Source: an uncultured Acidimicrobiia bacterium (GTDB lineage Bacteria > Actinomycetota > Acidimicrobiia > Acidimicrobiales > AC-14). Taken from it: a stretch of 64,000 nt of DNA. Made by a program: the position numbers and the translations under genes. Of the stretch, positions 63,357 through 64,000 are shown piece by piece (the stretch's first letter is position 1; each line of letters opens with the position of its first letter). The notes under the pieces are model-generated. The model saw only the letters and a program-made list of their open reading frames with translations. It made no database searches and was not told where the DNA came from. The stretch is taken from NCBI GenBank assembly GCA_963836205.1, contig CAWIIV010000006.1, forward strand, positions 512,001 to 576,000. The letters run 5' to 3'.

Positions 63357-63611
63357 GTGGCCCGCATCACGGTCGACGTCAACGAAGAGTGGATGGACGC
63401 TGCCCGCCAGGTCCTCGGCACGACCACCAAGGTCGCCACCATCAACGAGGCACTCCGCCTGCTCGCCGTCCGCCGGCAGGCGGCCCAGATCGTGGCCGCC
63501 CTCGATGGGGTGGCGATGGATTTCGGCGACTCCGCCGACGCGTTCGGCTACGGGGGCGGCCGAGACCTTTCCCGGCTGGCCGACGACGCCCGGGCAGAAC
63601 CCGTCGACTGA
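63357..63611 (+). CDS. VapB-type ribbon-helix-helix antitoxin
   Basis: [32 protein letters not shown]; stop overlaps the toxin ATG. Confidence 0.85.
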   Translation: MARITVDVNEEWMDAARQVLGTTTKVATINEALRLLAVRRQAAQIVAALDGVAMDFGDSADAFGYGGGRDLSRLADDARAEPVD

Positions 63612-64000
63612 TGGCGGCGCCGGTCTACCTGGCCGACACGTCCGTCTACGTGCTCCAGGGCCGGCATCCCGAGGTCAGGGAGCGCTTCGCCCGCCTGCTG
63701 GCCGAGGGCCGCTTGATGGGCTGCCAGATGACTGCCCTCGAGTACCTGAACAACGCCGCCGACCCCGCCGGCTACGAGGTGCTGTGGGCGGCCCTCCACA
63801 CCCAGCGATGGGTCGACGTGACCACGGCCGCGATGGACCGGGCGCTGGCCGTGCATCGGCTACTCGCCGCCGCCAGCCAGCACCGGCACTTCCGACTGCC
63901 CGACCTGATCATCGCGGCCACGGCCGAGCTGAACGGCGCCACCGTGCTGCACTACGACGGCGACTACGACCGCATCGCCCACGTCACCGGCCAGCCGACG
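63611..64000 (+). CDS. vapC: PIN-domain VapC toxin, 3' end truncated by the window
   Basis: Own translation: [35 protein letters not shown]. Confidence 0.9.
   Translation, partial: MAAPVYLADTSVYVLQGRHPEVRERFARLLAEGRLMGCQMTALEYLNNAADPAGYEVLWAALHTQRWVDVTTAAMDRALAVHRLLAAASQHRHFRLPDLIIAATAELNGATVLHYDGDYDRIAHVTGQPT

Overview
High-GC, gene-dense chromosomal window whose gene content and protein style fit an actinobacterium, probably Acidimicrobiia-like (inference). Most of it is housekeeping or metabolic: RNase H, aat, hydantoinase/oxoprolinase A/B, thiG-thiH behind a TPP riboswitch, lpd-E2-lipBA, photolyase, ada, metH, ddl/murF, PduO-type adenosyltransferase, pepA, moeB, biotin carboxylase and birA. 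It also holds three PIN-type toxin-antitoxin pairs, three MmcQ/YjbR genes and several secreted or repeat proteins. The stand-out region is 13.6-18.8 kb. A two-gene cassette (lipoprotein plus overlapping secreted PKD-like protein) is tandemly duplicated together with remnants of both flanking genes. The copies have near-identical outer ends and a divergent, more AT-rich core spanning the junction of the two genes, and an IS256-family element with a 9-bp TSD sits between them. Other oddities are an RNase H-SLOG fusion, an atypical TPP aptamer, a PLP-fold protein lacking its catalytic lysine, ~50-nt palindromic elements (one with an arm amplified 6x) and a candidate antisense structured RNA. Many single-base frameshifts fall in housekeeping genes and suggest uncorrected long-read indels, so frameshift-based claims are tentative. 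All family assignments are by motif recognition, with no database search.
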